A DNA stretch of 64,000 nt. It comes from Octopus bimaculoides (lineage: Eukaryota). Shown in pieces: positions 11,191 through 24,225 of the stretch. The notes under the pieces were generated by a model. The model saw only the letters and a list, made by a program, of their open reading frames with translations, made no database searches and was not told the origin of the DNA. The DNA is taken from NCBI RefSeq assembly GCF_001194135.2, contig NC_068982.1, forward strand, positions 13,116,383 through 13,180,382. Direction: 5' to 3'. The position numbers and the translations under genes are program-made. Within the stretch, counting starts at the first letter, position 1. Each line of letters begins with the position of its first letter.

Positions 11191-11636
11191 AAGGCAGTGA
11201 GCTGGCAGAATTGTTAGCACACCAGGCTCAATGCTTAGCAGTATTTCGCCTGTCTTTATGTTCTGAGTTGAAATTCCACCAAGGTCGACTTTGCCTTTCA
11301 TCCTTTCGGGGTCGATAAATTAAGTACCATTTGCATACTGGGGTCGATCTAATCAACTGGTCCCCCCTCCCCCAAAGAAACGGTCTACCATATAATATTC
11401 TTTTCTACTCTAAGCACAAAGCCCCAAATTTATAGTTACTCTCAGCCAATGTACAAATTCTAAGATCTTTCTCTTTACTCCTGTGCTACTCCTATACCCA
11501 CCTCTATGCAACTGGTTCTTAATTTATCAACCCTGAATGGATGAAAGGCAAAGTCGACTTCAGCAGAACGTAAAGATAGATGAAATACGGCTAAGCATTT
11601 CGCCTGGCACACTAACGTTTCAGCTCACTCCCTTAA
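11191..11636. mobile_element. Two tail-to-tail family A SINEs (11191-11378 plus; 11400-11636 minus)
   Basis: Family A motifs; the minus copy has a 17 bp TSD GTCTACCATATAATATT at 11383-11399 and 11637-11653. Confidence 0.88.
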
Positions 11637-12147
11637 GTCTACCATATAATATTACTTGGTCAGTCTTTGATACTGGAGTATCATAGCAGGGGGCACAAAC
11701 ACCTCATGTTAGTTATGCTTAAAAGAGTCTATTCAAATGCTATTCCATAATCCATTACAGTTACTGAACAGACAAAATGAAGTGTTTACCGTTTGATTTC
11801 ACAGATTCTTCAAAATGTTCTGATTTTATTACAAACCTAAATGTTGTACTTTGAATCCCTCCATACAATTATCACCCACACAAATTAGAAGTACATCATA
11901 CGCTGATTTAATTAAATCTAATGAAATCCATAGTGCACCACTTTATTCTTCATCTTTTATTATGATTATCATTCTACATACTTATCTGAAATCCTTATTT
12001 GCTCCCCATCACCATTCTAAATTCTCCACTTACTTGAACCCTGTATGGTTTCCTATTCCATAATTCTTTATTTCACTCTACATTTTGTTTGTAATTCCAA
12101 TACCGTAACTTAATTAAATATTTTCTGGCAATCACATAATATATTTT

Positions 12148-12314
12148 AGCAGGAGTGGCTGTGTGGTAAGTAGCTTGCTTACCAACCACATGGTTCCAGG
12201 TTCAGTCCCACTGTGTGGCACCTTGGGCAAGTGTCTTCTACTATAGCCTTGGGCTGACCAAAGCCTTGTGAGTGGATTTGGTAGACGGAAACTGGAAGAA
12301 GCCCGTCATATATG

Positions 12315-12349
<35 letters not shown>

Positions 12350-12553
12350 CTGTGTTTGTGAGTCTGTGTTTGTCCCCCCAGCATCACTTGACAACCGACG
12401 CTGGTATGTTTGTGTCCCCATAACTTAGCAGTTCGGCAAAAGAGACTGATAGAATAAGTACTAAGCTCTGGGGTCTATTTGCTCGACTGTAAAGGCAGTG
12501 CTCCAGCATGGCCGCAATCAAATGACTGAAACAAGCAAAAGAGTAAAAGAGTA
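12148..12553 (+). mobile_element. Full-length SINE family B
   Basis: GCAGGAGTGGCTGTGTGGTAAG head, GGTTCAGTCCC B box, ACCTTGGGCAAGTGTCTT, internal (TA)(TG)n, (AAAAGAGT)n tail. Confidence 0.92.
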
Positions 12554-13614
12554 ACCATTTATAAATACTCTCAGCCAATGTACAGATTCTAAGATCTTTC
12601 TGTTTACTCCTGTGCTACTCCTATACCCACCTCTAATCATATTCATACTTTTCATTGAGCTTACACTTTTAAATCTTAATTCCTTATTGTTAAGTTTTTA
12701 ATTCTGGTAACTATCAACAAAAGCTTACATCTGAAGCACACACACACTCCCCACATTATGTATCGAATGGGTTATAATCTCATAACAGCTCCTCTCTCCC
12801 AACTACCTCCCATCCCATCATAGTCAGCTGATTTATAACCATAGACTTATGCTACATCTCATTCCTCTTACCTCTCCCCTCTTCTACTTAACACAATCCT
12901 TTCCATCTCACACACTTTGCATCCACCGTGATACCACACAGCTGGGGGCTAGTTGGCATATTTTGTATGTCACTCCCTATCATGAAACTCTAGACCCTTC
13001 TCTTCACATAATGACCATCCATGGCTAATCTAGTTAAGCGATGAAGTTAATTTACTTGTCTCATATATTGTTGCTAATCTAATCATGATGTTCATATCAT
13101 CTCATTTAGCATCTCCCTTTCTTACCCATATTGACCTTGGCAAATTCTTTTATATATCTTCCTGTAACTCTTAATCTTTACAAACCTATCCCATGTCATG
13201 TTTGTTAGCTCCTGTCTACCTTCCTATCATTATGACCTCGTATGCTCTGCTTCCCTTCTTTTAAGCTTACCTCTGAATACCTCACACAATTAATAGACCA
13301 TTACTTCCTATCTAGGCTCTATATAATTTTCCTTCTGATTACTATAACGTTGGCTACCAATTGCTTACAGAGTTATGCACCATCTATGCATCTATTCTCG
13401 AAACAGCTGTAAGTGACTATCTGCACACCCTCTTCCTTTGTTCCTCTTTCTTCTCATCCCACTTTGGACTCTACCTACAACGACCAGCTTTGCCTAATAC
13501 CAATAATTCATCATTTCTGTACAACTGCTCCAGGAAAATTCTATCTTACACCATAACTACTATGAACATTCTTCAACTGATCTTGCTTCAGTTTCTTATG
13601 ATCTCTACTCCTGA

Positions 13615-13710
13615 CCTAAACCCTAACCCTAACCCTAACCCTAACCCTAACCCTAATCCTAACCCTAACCCTAACCCTAATCCTAACCCTAACCCTATCC
13701 CTAACCCTAA
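13615..13710 (-). repeat. Interstitial telomeric repeat (TTAGGG)n, about 16 units
   Basis: (CCCTAA)n on plus with a few variant units. Confidence 0.92.
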
Positions 13711-14092
13711 TTCTTATGTTTAAATATATAACTGTCATAATCTGATCTGATACCAGTTGTTTACCTCTTTATCCTTTTATTCTATAGTTCTCATACCTGT
13801 TCAATTGAAACATTGCCAGTAGTCAATCTTCATTAAGCAGCTATAACATACCTGCATTGTTCAGTCGCAGTTCAAGTCAGATTTTAGGCAGCAAGTTACA
13901 GTAGTAATTATGTGTACCTATTAATGTGTGTCACCAAATGTAATATTACCTGAATTATATATATATATATATATGACATTAGCAATAATGAATTATATAA
14001 CAAATTACTTCCTTTTTAAAATGCAAAACAAAAACTAGACAAAAATACGAGAGAATAAGAATTTTAAAATTATGTTTGTATCACTAATTCCA

Positions 14093-14145
<53 letters not shown>

Positions 14146-14230
14146 TTGTTAAAGAGGACAACAAACGTTAAGGTAAGGCAAACATCTCAAGTCGTATACA
14201 TTATTATTATTGGAAAAGAAAAAATTCAAA

Positions 14231-14286
14231 GTCTTATAGTTGTTTCAGGGATATCCCAGAGAATGGGCTATTCCATTGTCAGAGAC
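14231..14286 (-). ncRNA. Degenerate Penelope-type hammerhead motif
   Basis: GUCU CUGACAA U GG..CCCA/UGGG..CC CU GAAAC AACU AU A AGAC; stem I GUCU/AGAC intact, two G-to-A changes relative to a canonical fold. Confidence 0.4.
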
Positions 14287-15157
14287 AAATAGGGAAAATG
14301 AGAAGGGTATAGATTAATGAAAGATGATATACAGATTTCCTAGATAATAATATTCAGAATTTTCTTTGTTCCAGAGAGCAGTCTGAAAAACTTATCAGTT
14401 CTCAATATATGAGCATCATCCTTTGCGTTAATCCACTGATATATGTTTCTAACCTTCTTAAGTCAGAGTGCTAAGTCCTGAGCTAGTGGCTTGCTGAAGT
14501 TTTCTTTCAAAATATTTTAAATATAGTCTTCTCCATAAAGAGATTACAGATGTTAAACCAAGCAGAAAACTGAGATGATATCCTGTCTTCTACATCTCCA
14601 AAAGATGTAATTTCATTGACAAAATTATGCTTACAGATTTAAGTACTTAATAAATGTTGACAGTACAACGTTTGTTTGCTACTAATAGGATTAATTCTAT
14701 ACAAGACTAATTTGAATGGAATTAGTGATATAAACATAATTTTTGAACTGATGTTCTTTCTTATTTTTGTCTGGGGTTTTTGTATTGCGTTTTAACAAGG
14801 AAGTAATTTATTATATAATTTATTATTGTCAATCTTTTAGTTAGAAGCATAGAATCGTTTAAAATTATTTAAATGATTATAAAATCTATTAGCAATAAGC
14901 TATATACATTTATCTGATACTTAATAAAATGTATTCAAGTGGTAAATTGACGCAATTGAAGTTGATGGAATTGTTGTATCTTTTGGAAACAAAATGTTTC
15001 TATCTCCATATAAACTATACTGTATGAAGTATGTGTAAGAAATGCAATATGTGTGAAGGACCTGCAGCAAAAACTAGTGAGCAACAATCCATTGTAGTAT
15101 TTTGGATGTGCCATGTTAGTTTACATGAAAGGTGTAGTGCAAGGAAGCTAAAATGAT

Positions 15158-15372
15158 CTTTTCTACTCTAGGCACAAGGCCCGAAATTTTTGGGGAGGGT
15201 GCCAGTTGATTAGATCGACCCCAGTACACAAATGGTACTTAATTTATTGACTGCGAAAGCATGAAAGGCAAAGTCGACCTAGGCGGAATTTGAACTCAGA
15301 ACACAAAGACAGACAAAATACCGCTAAGTATTTTGCCCAGCATGCTAACATTTCTGCCAGCTCACCGACTTT
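15158..15372 (-). mobile_element. Full-length SINE family A with 16 bp TSD
   Basis: TSD AGGAAGCTAAAAT(G/A)AT at 15142-15157 and 15373-15388. Confidence 0.92.
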
Positions 15373-15675
15373 AGGAAGCTAAAATAATGGCTGGGCATTA
15401 GTGTAGTAGCTAAAGTGTGTGGAATAGCACTAATATAGATAAATGATGTAAATGGATTATAAGTTCTGATTTTGAAAAGTGCTATCTGTTGAAAGTAGTT
15501 CTTTAATTAGCTCCAGGTCTGCTCTGGTTGACAAGACATAATCAAATGTATTCCAGCCAAAATACTTCGTCATTCTGTGTACCAGTGGACCACTCAGTCG
15601 ATTCTATTCTTTGTATTTTTAATATATTAAGGTACCATCATTTAATGTTCATTGTCGAACCCATGCCAGCATGGA

Positions 15676-16495
15676 CATCATCATCATCATCATCATCATC
15701 GTTTAACGTCCGCTTTCCATGCTAGCATGGGTTGGACGATTTGACTGAGGACTGGTGAACCAGATGGCTGCACCAAGCTACAATCTGATCTGGCAGAGTT
15801 TCTACAGCTGGATGCCCTTCCTAATGCCAACCACTCTGAGAGTGTAGTGGGTGCTTTTATGTGCCACCGGCACAAGGGCCAGTCAGGCGGTACTGGCAAT
15901 GGCCATGCTCAAAATGGTGTATTTTACATGCCACTGCACAGGAGTCAGTCCAGTGGCGCTGGCAATGACCTCGCTCGAATGTTTTGTTCACATGCCACTG
16001 GCACAAGTGCCAGTAAGGCGACACTAGTAACAATCATGCTCAAATGATGCTTTTTATGTGCCGCTGGCATAGAAGCCAGACCGCTGCTCTGGCAGTGATC
16101 CCGCTCGGATGGGGCTGTAAGCACTCCACTGGCACGGGTGCCAGTCTTCGAATTTGGTTCAGTTACAACTTCACTTGCCCCAACAGGTCTTCGCAAGCAG
16201 AGTTTAGTGTTCAATGAAGGAAGGTTAGCATGGGTGCCAGTGGTCGAATTTGGCTTGATATCAATTTCGATTTCACTTGCCTCAACAGGTCTTCGCAAGC
16301 AGGGATTTGTGTCCAAAGAAGGAAAGGTATGCATAAGTGGGCTGGCTACACCCCTGATAAAGGACACGGTCTCACTTGTCTTGCCAGGTCTTCTCACGCA
16401 CAGCATATTTCCAAAGGTCTCAGTCACTAGTCATTGCCTCAGTGAGGCCTAATGTTCGAAGGTCGTGCTTCACCACCTCATCCCATGTCTTCCTG
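15676..16495 (-). mobile_element. RTE LINE 3' end: ORF2 C-terminus, complete 3'UTR, (GAT)n tail
   Basis: 16494-16372 translates RKTWDEVVKHDLRTLGLTEAMTSD*DLWKYAVREKTWQDK*, followed by two roughly 100 bp repeats, four 60-66 bp units and the conserved tail. Confidence 0.9.
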
Positions 16496-17861
16496 ACGGA
16501 CATTAAATGATGATGATGATATCTGAAGGAATTTGACTGGTATTTCTAGCTGATCAGATGACTGTGTCATAAATTCCTTGTGACTGTTAAAGGCAGCTAT
16601 GGTAGGAGAAAGGCAAGAAAGATATGGGGAGAAGTGGTAAGGTCAGATCTTAGAACATTGGGCTGCAGGTTAAGATGATAAAAGATCCTGATGTGTTGAA
16701 GTGTGTCATCATAGAATAAGAACACAGATGTTAAAAATCAATGATGTTGTTATATTTTGGTGCCACACTTTTATAATTGGCACTTACAATAATGTCATAT
16801 ATTTTTATGAGAAATGTGTGACCTAATAACACATGCATCAAATCTAATTCAATCTTTTGTTAAAATCACTTTACATAAACAATTTGCCACCCTGACCTTG
16901 AAGCATCAAGATGATACTATATTAGTCACTTTATGACAAGAATAAGATCTCAAATAAAAAGATATTACTATATTCTTGAAAAATAATGAATTTAGAAAAA
17001 AATGTTTCATTTAAATTCTTTTCTTGCTTTATTTATAATTTCAAGAAAGTAATTATTTTCTCTTGTTTATTTAGAAAGTAAAATCTTGTGTTTCTTAAGT
17101 GGATTGGATGATATTCAAATATAAAATATGAGCAGGTGTTAGCACTTGACCAGCAGCCACTTAACAACAAAATCTTCTAGTATAATTTAAATTGTGTAAG
17201 ATAACAGTCTTAACATAGTTATATTTTCTTTATTTCAGCTAATATAAAATACAAGTTGACTGACTCATCATAGATTTCAGTGAATTGTATGCAGTGCAGT
17301 TTTGGAAAATTACTTGATATAAATTTTATGAAAGAAATAGTAGTTTTCTGCTGGAACTAATGATATGTATATATATTCTATGCACATTCTGTCAATATTG
17401 TTATTGTTCTCATTCTTAATATTAATTAAATTCTCTGCTGCCTGCCAACTGTCGTTTCTTCACAATGTTTTAATAAATTCAATTATGTTAAATTACAATC
17501 AATACAATATAGATAGACAAAGTTATAGATAGATTTTTTTTTCTTTCTCTTTGCTGTAACCAAAATGTAAAGTGAAATTAAATACACAAAGAAACAGAAA
17601 AGTGGCCTAATTTTTCTTACTTCCAAGATGTAAACAGTATGTAATTGATGAATGCTTGAGAGGTGAACTTGTTTAAGATGCAATTTGGAATATATGTCAT
17701 ATTTAAAAATCATATTTAGTTCAGCTGCAAAGGAAATTTAATTTGAGATACATATTGGAATTTAATTTGAGATATATGTTGTCCAACCCATGCCAGCATG
17801 GAAACTGGAATTACATGATGATGATGACTTTTTTATTCTTTTATTCTTCTATTCTATTTTT

Positions 17862-18255
17862 TCTTTCATCTTTTTCAGTCATTTGACTGTGGCCATGCTG
17901 GAGCGCCGCCTTTAGTCGAATAAATCGACCTCAGGACTTATTTTTTGTAAGCCTAGTGCTTATTCTATTGATCTCTTATTGCAGAACTGCTAAATGACAG
18001 GGACGTAAACACACCAACATCGGTTGTCAAGCAATGGTGAAGGGACAAACACAGACACAAATAGCAAATACATACATCCATACATACATATACATATATA
18101 TATATATGGGCTTCTTTCAGTTTCTGTCCACCAAATCCACTTACAAGGCTTTGGTCAGCCTGAGGTTATAGTAGAAGGTGTCATGCAGTGGGACTGAACC
18201 CGGGACCATGTGGCTGGGAAGCAAGCTTCTTACCACACAGCCACTCCTGCACCTA
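17862..18255 (-). mobile_element. Full-length SINE family B
   Basis: Family B motifs in reverse, ending CACACAGCCACTCCTGC. Confidence 0.88.
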
Positions 18256-18526
18256 TGTGATGATTATGATTAATGAATTTTCATTAATGTAAAAATTAAA
18301 TATTTTTTTACTGCTTTCAGACATTCAGCTGTGGTCATACTAGAGCACCATCTTTAATGGTTTGTTCAGTGACTTAAATCAATCCTTGTACTTAGTCTGC
18401 CACTCATCTAATTGATATCTCTTTATCAAATGGTTGAGTCAACCTACTTTGAGAGAGTTACCTCTCTTTGGTGGCATAATTACATACATATACACCAGCC
18501 CACATAATTTATACTTACTAAATTTC

Positions 18527-18845
18527 ACTTTTAGGGCAAAAATCCCCTTCGGTTATGAATGACCATGGGATTGCACCTAGAAAGTTCCCCTCCTAGGCCT
18601 AAATCTGGGCAAGATTGCTTATGGAAAACCAGCAGTCACCCATGCATACCAGCCTCCCTGTTCCATTCCACTGATGTTATCCAAGAGAAAAGAAAAGGCC
18701 AATACAGCTCGGCACCAACGGCATCACAACACATTTCTACAGCTGAGTGAACTGAAGCAACATGAAATAAAGTGTCTTGCTCAAGAACACAACACACTAC
18801 CTCTTAAATATGAGCCTGACTCTCTAACCACTGAGCCATCCACCT
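18527..18845 (-). mobile_element. tRNA-derived SINE (family F)
   Basis: Minus: ATGGCTCAGTGGTTAGAG...CTTGAGCAAGACACTTTATTTCATGTTGCTTCAGTTCACTCAGCTGTAGAAATG. Confidence 0.65.
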
Positions 18846-19351
18846 TCACACCAAATTTCACTTACTGCTCAATTTAAGGCTCTGGTAGAAGACTCTTGAT
18901 ATGGTGCCACAAAAGAGGCATGATCCCAAGGTCAAGTGGCCGACAAGTAAACTTCTGAAATGCACATTGTTTTTTGCACTTGTCAAACTGAATACAGTGC
19001 AAATAATTATATTGATTCTTTACCAGAATCCTGTGGTCCTCTTAAGAAATTCATGACAGATCTGTAGTTTGGAGTTAGAAAGAGCTTTCAGACCCCAAAC
19101 ACCTAGTTAGTTCTAACAAGGGGTCGGGGAATCTGTATGATAGAAGATTCTTGCACAAGAGTACCACACAGTATTAACCCAGGATCATGTGACTGCAAAG
19201 TCGATTGAAGTCTTCATTAAGCTTTTCTCTTCCCTATAGTTAATAATAAAATGACAAAAATTGTTTAGGCCTTGATCAGCCCTGTGTTAGAACTAAGAAT
19301 AAAGGCTTTCCAACCACTACCATCCAATCCAGTCTTTTATTCTGATACATC

Positions 19352-19715
19352 ACCATCATCATCATCATCATCATCATCGGTTAACGTCCGCTTTCCATGC
19401 TAGCATGGGTTGGACGATTTGACTGAGGACTGGTGAACCAGATGGCTACACCAGGCTCCAATCTGATTTGGCAGTTTCTACAGCTGGATGCCCTTCCTAA
19501 CGCCAACCACTCCAAGAGTGTAGTGGGTGCTTTTACGTGCCACCAGCACGAAGGCCAGTCAGGCGGTACTGGCAATGGCCATGCTCAAAATGGTGTATTT
19601 TACGTGCCACCTGCACATGAGCCAGTCCAGCGGCACTGGCAATGATCTCGCTCGAATGTCTTACACATGCCACCGGCACAAGTGCCAGGAAGGCGACGCT
19701 GGACACAGGTGCCAC
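19352..19715 (-). mobile_element. RTE 3'UTR copy
   Basis: (CAT)n, conserved tail, three units. Confidence 0.88.
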
Positions 19716-20749
19716 AAAGAAAATCTGTAATGTGAATTCCAGTGTTTTCTTTACTCTTTTAAACTCCTACTATTTTATAATCAGTGCTAGTGAGAGGAAT
19801 AAATAATTTCTTTGATCTCATTCATAAAGAATGAAAATTTATTTTGCTAATACATCATCCTATAATGTGTGCAACTTTCTGTTAATCATATTTCTTCATT
19901 TATTTTGTCTTATATTAAAATGGAATATTTTAGCCATAAACCAATTTTCTATAAATATCAAAGTACACAATTTAGTTTGTCAATTCTATTGATTGCAAGA
20001 AACTTTTTGATCAAGAATTGTATTATTTTCATATCTCACATATTGTGATTTTCTTTATCACTCTGTACAGTTTTCCTAGTTCTTTAATTTGAAAATTAGA
20101 TTTAAAATGATTTTACAGTCTTGAAGTTGCTAATATGAATCTTTTGTTTATTTCTGTTCCATGCCTTACTGCACTACATTGATCCATTTTTCGAGGGTTC
20201 CAGTGGTATATCAGTTTTTCTATGATAAAATGTTAGTCCTTCACTTGACTGTTTTCCATTTCTGGAGAAAAGCACACTGCATGTGGTCTCCAATGGTTCT
20301 TCTTACAGTGCAATATTGGTGATTCTGAGAGAAAGACTAAAAAGAAGAATCTCCCCAGTATTTCACTGGTACTTTATTAGCCCCAGAAAGCTAAGTGGCA
20401 AAAACTGACATTGGTAGGATTTGAGCCCAGATCCTAAAGACCTACAGAAATTAATTGCAACTCTGCCAATACACCACTTGTTATATGAGTTGAGCATTTG
20501 TGACAGTGGTGGTGGTAGTGCCAGCAGCAGCAGTAGTAGTAGCAGTAGTAAATTAATAGTGATGTTGATGATGATGATGGTGATAATGTTGATGATGATT
20601 ATAATTATAAAAGAGTTAAAATTTACCTCTAAACCTTTTGAGATTGATAAAATAAAATACCAGTGAACTACTAGGGTCAATGTAAAAGAACTACACTTCT
20701 CAAAATTGCTAGCTTGGTACCGAAGTTAAAAACAACCATCACCACCACC

Positions 20750-20798
<49 letters not shown>

Positions 20799-21039
20799 CC
20801 ATTATCACCATCATCATCATTTATATTTTGGTAAAAGGCTACTCTGTAATATGGTAGCGATATGGTTGATTTAATCTACTCTAGCACATGCAACTTATTC
20901 ATTTTATTAACTCGTTATAGAACTGAGGTATTGTACCACACTAACGAAAAATACATCAATATTAACAATCAAGTGAAATTTATTGGAAACAAAACAAATA
21001 AAATTAACATATATATACGAACATAACAGACCGATGCAA

Positions 21040-21318
21040 GTACCCACTGACTGGCTCCTGTGCCAGTGGTACATAAAAAGCATCATCTGAATGTGATTAT
21101 TGCCAGGCCTGCCTTATAAGCCCCTATGCCGGTGGCATGTAAAAAGCACCCACTACACTCTCAGAGTGGTTGGCATTAGGAAGGGCATCAAACTGTAGAA
21201 ACATTGCCAGATCAGATTGGAACCTGGTGCAGCCACTGGCGCTCCAAACCTCAGTCAAACTGTCCAACCCATGCCAGCATGGAAAACGGATGTTAATCGA
21301 TGATGATGATAATTGATG
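21040..21318 (+). mobile_element. RTE 3'UTR copy
   Basis: Units, GGCATTAGGAAGGGCATC, (GAT)n. Confidence 0.82.
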
Positions 21319-21360
21319 ATATATATATTTCTCTCTCTCTCTCTCTATATATATATATAG

Positions 21361-21522
21361 GTACAGGAGTGGCTGTGTGGTAAGTACCTTGATTACCAAC
21401 CACATGGTTCCAGGTTCAGTCCCACTGCATGGCACCTTGGGCAAGTGTCTTCTACTATAGCCTCGGGCCGACCAAAGCCTTGTGAGTGGAATTGGTAGAT
21501 GGAAACTGAAAGAAACCTGTCG

Positions 21523-21566
<44 letters not shown>

Positions 21567-22035
21567 NNNNNNNNNNNNNNNNNNNNNNNNNNNNNNNNNN
21601 NNNNNNNNNNNNNNNNNNNNNNNNNNNNNNNNNNNNNNNNNNNNNNNNNNNNNNNNNNNNNNNNNNNNNNNNNNNNNNNNNNNNNNNNNNNNNNNNNNNN
21701 NNNNNNNNNNNNNNNNNNNNNNNNNNNNNNNNNNNNNNNNNNNNNNNNNNNNNNNNNNNNNNNNNNNNNNNNNNNNNNNNNNNNNNNNNNNNNNNNNNNN
21801 NNNNNNNNNNNNNNNNNNNNNNNNNNNNNNNNNNNNNNNNNNNNNNNNNNNNNNNNNNNNCTTTACAACCAATGCTGGTGTGTTTACATTCCTGTAACTT
21901 AGCAGTTCGGCAAAAGAGCCGATAGAATAAGTACTAGGCTTACAAAGAATAAATCCTGGGGTCGATTCGCTCAACTAAAGGCAGTGCCCCAGCATGGTCA
22001 CAGTCAAATGACTGAAACAAGTAAAAGAATAAAAG
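21361..22035 (+). mobile_element. SINE family B spanning an N gap at its internal microsatellite
   Basis: 5' half before and 3' half after the gap. Confidence 0.85.
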
Positions 22036-23404
22036 AACATATATATATATATATACACATCTATATATGAACGACAATAAAGCATTTGGTTGATAGTGAA
22101 GGTTGCTCTAGGAGAGCAAGTTCTACAGCTAAAATTTAATTGCTAGCTGTTATTCATATTCTTGACTTGATGGAGTCTACTTTAACTTTCTTACTTTTTG
22201 GTTGATTTATGAGCATTTGTTTACACAAATTCATTATGATCACAACGCCATATGATTAGGTAGTTGCATACCAGTCTGACTGTTTCTTCTACACCACTTC
22301 AGATATAGCAGTTCCAAATCAATAATGATATTCAATTTACATTAACATCCTACTATTGTTTTCATAGCATACTCATAGCTTATGAATGACATTTGCAAAT
22401 TTTGCCTTCCCTTGTCATAGAAAATTATTATTTGGCATTTGATTACTGTATGTTTTTCAGTAATCTCATGAGTATTATCTTTCACCATTATATTTATGAT
22501 AATGAGCATTATACTCATCTATTTCTCCCAAGGAATTTATCAAAAAACTTTCAAGATTTTTTTTTTTTTTTTTGAAATAATTGCAGGTTGCATATAAATC
22601 TTCGTGCTACAATCATTCAATTTGTTTCCAAGCCAATATGATGCGGTATGTTACTATTTTAAAGGAATGCTGTATTTTATTATTGAAATACATTTCCGTG
22701 AACAATTTTCTTCATGTCCTTTGTTGATCAGCAAACACTTCTCATTGTAATTTAGTGCAGGCTACAACATTCAGCTTGTAACAATTTCAATCTTATCTAT
22801 TTTTATGTCTTTCAAAATAATTTTCTTTATATATCAATATTCCATAGAATGAGTTTTCAGAAATTATGTACTTTAGTGCAGTTTCTGAGAATAATATCCT
22901 AGAATTACTGTATCTTACTGGTGATGTATCCATATAGATTTTACTCCTTACATATTATCGTTTCTGTACACTAAAGCTGTGTGTCACTAATATATGCTTA
23001 CATTATTCCGACTCATTCCACATCTGCATTATTTTAAAATAAAATTCTTATTCAATAACAGTTATATGTAGTTGCTTATAAAATGATCAAAAAAAAATTT
23101 ATTTAAATTTGGGTCAAGCAGGCACACAACACCAGCATTAACTACTATTTAAAGACTGTTAATCTAAATATGATTACGTACATTGTACTGCATTCCCTAA
23201 TCAGACACAAACCATGTAACAGTTTATGGTTCTACTTAAAGATATAGGAAGAATATTTAATTGTACAAAGAACACATATTGGTTTTCAAATTTATATTTG
23301 GTTATTCCATACTAAAATAATCAAATTAGTATCTTCTCTCATTCTTTCTACATATACATATATGCACACATACAAACATACATACTTATTAGTTGACACA
23401 GGAA

Positions 23405-23757
23405 CATCATCATCATAGTTTAATGACTAAAACAAGTAAAAGATAAAAGGTAACGTCTGCTTTCGAAGCTGGTATGGGTTGGACAGTTCGACTGGGGTCT
23501 GGCAAGCCAGGAGGCTGCACCAGGCTCCAGTCTGATCTGGCAATGTTTCTACAGCTGGAAGCCCTTCCTAACACCAACCACTCTAAGAGTGTAACGGGTG
23601 CTTTTAACATGTCACTGGCACAGGAGACTGGCATCGGCCATGCTCGAATGGTGCTTTTTACATGCCAGTCAGGTGGCACTGGCATCAGTCACACTTGCAT
23701 GGTACTTTTTACATGCCACTAGCATGTGTGCCAGTCAGGCGGCACTGGTATTGGCCA
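23405..23757 (-). mobile_element. Diverged RTE 3'UTR copy
   Basis: GCCCTTCCTAACACCAACCAC motif and units. Confidence 0.75.
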
Positions 23758-24225
23758 GGAATAAATATAATTTCAAGCAAACTATAAAACAGTCGAATCA
23801 AACAAGTCCTAACTGCCCTTCTTCTGATACAGAAAATCTAAATGGTTAATTTATAAAATGATAAGTTCTAACATAAAGCTTAAGGTCCCTAACTTTGTGT
23901 AGACTATCATCATCATCCAGAGTTCTAAATCCGGGTTTTGTTCCTGTTAACGGGGGTGGCTGGATCTACCTCAACGTCATCGCAACCACCCTCACACCAT
24001 CTTGCCTGGTTTTGGGTGTCGTCCTATTTCAAACCAACCCTCCCAATCTCCTCCCCCACCTGTCCCCTCCACTATAGTTGATAAACTAGAACCCAGTACA
24101 TATATGGTACCAATTTCTATCAACTCCTGAACGATGACAGGTAAACGTGTCCCTTCTAAATTTAAACAAAGAATGTAAAAGGATGTAATCAATAGCTCTC
24201 TCTCAACAATTATAAGAATAAGAAT

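Noticed and set aside
15850-16150. Regularly spaced repeats resembling a CRISPR array
   Set aside because: Eukaryotic context, whole units are homologous (no unique spacers), no cas genes; they are an RTE 3'UTR.
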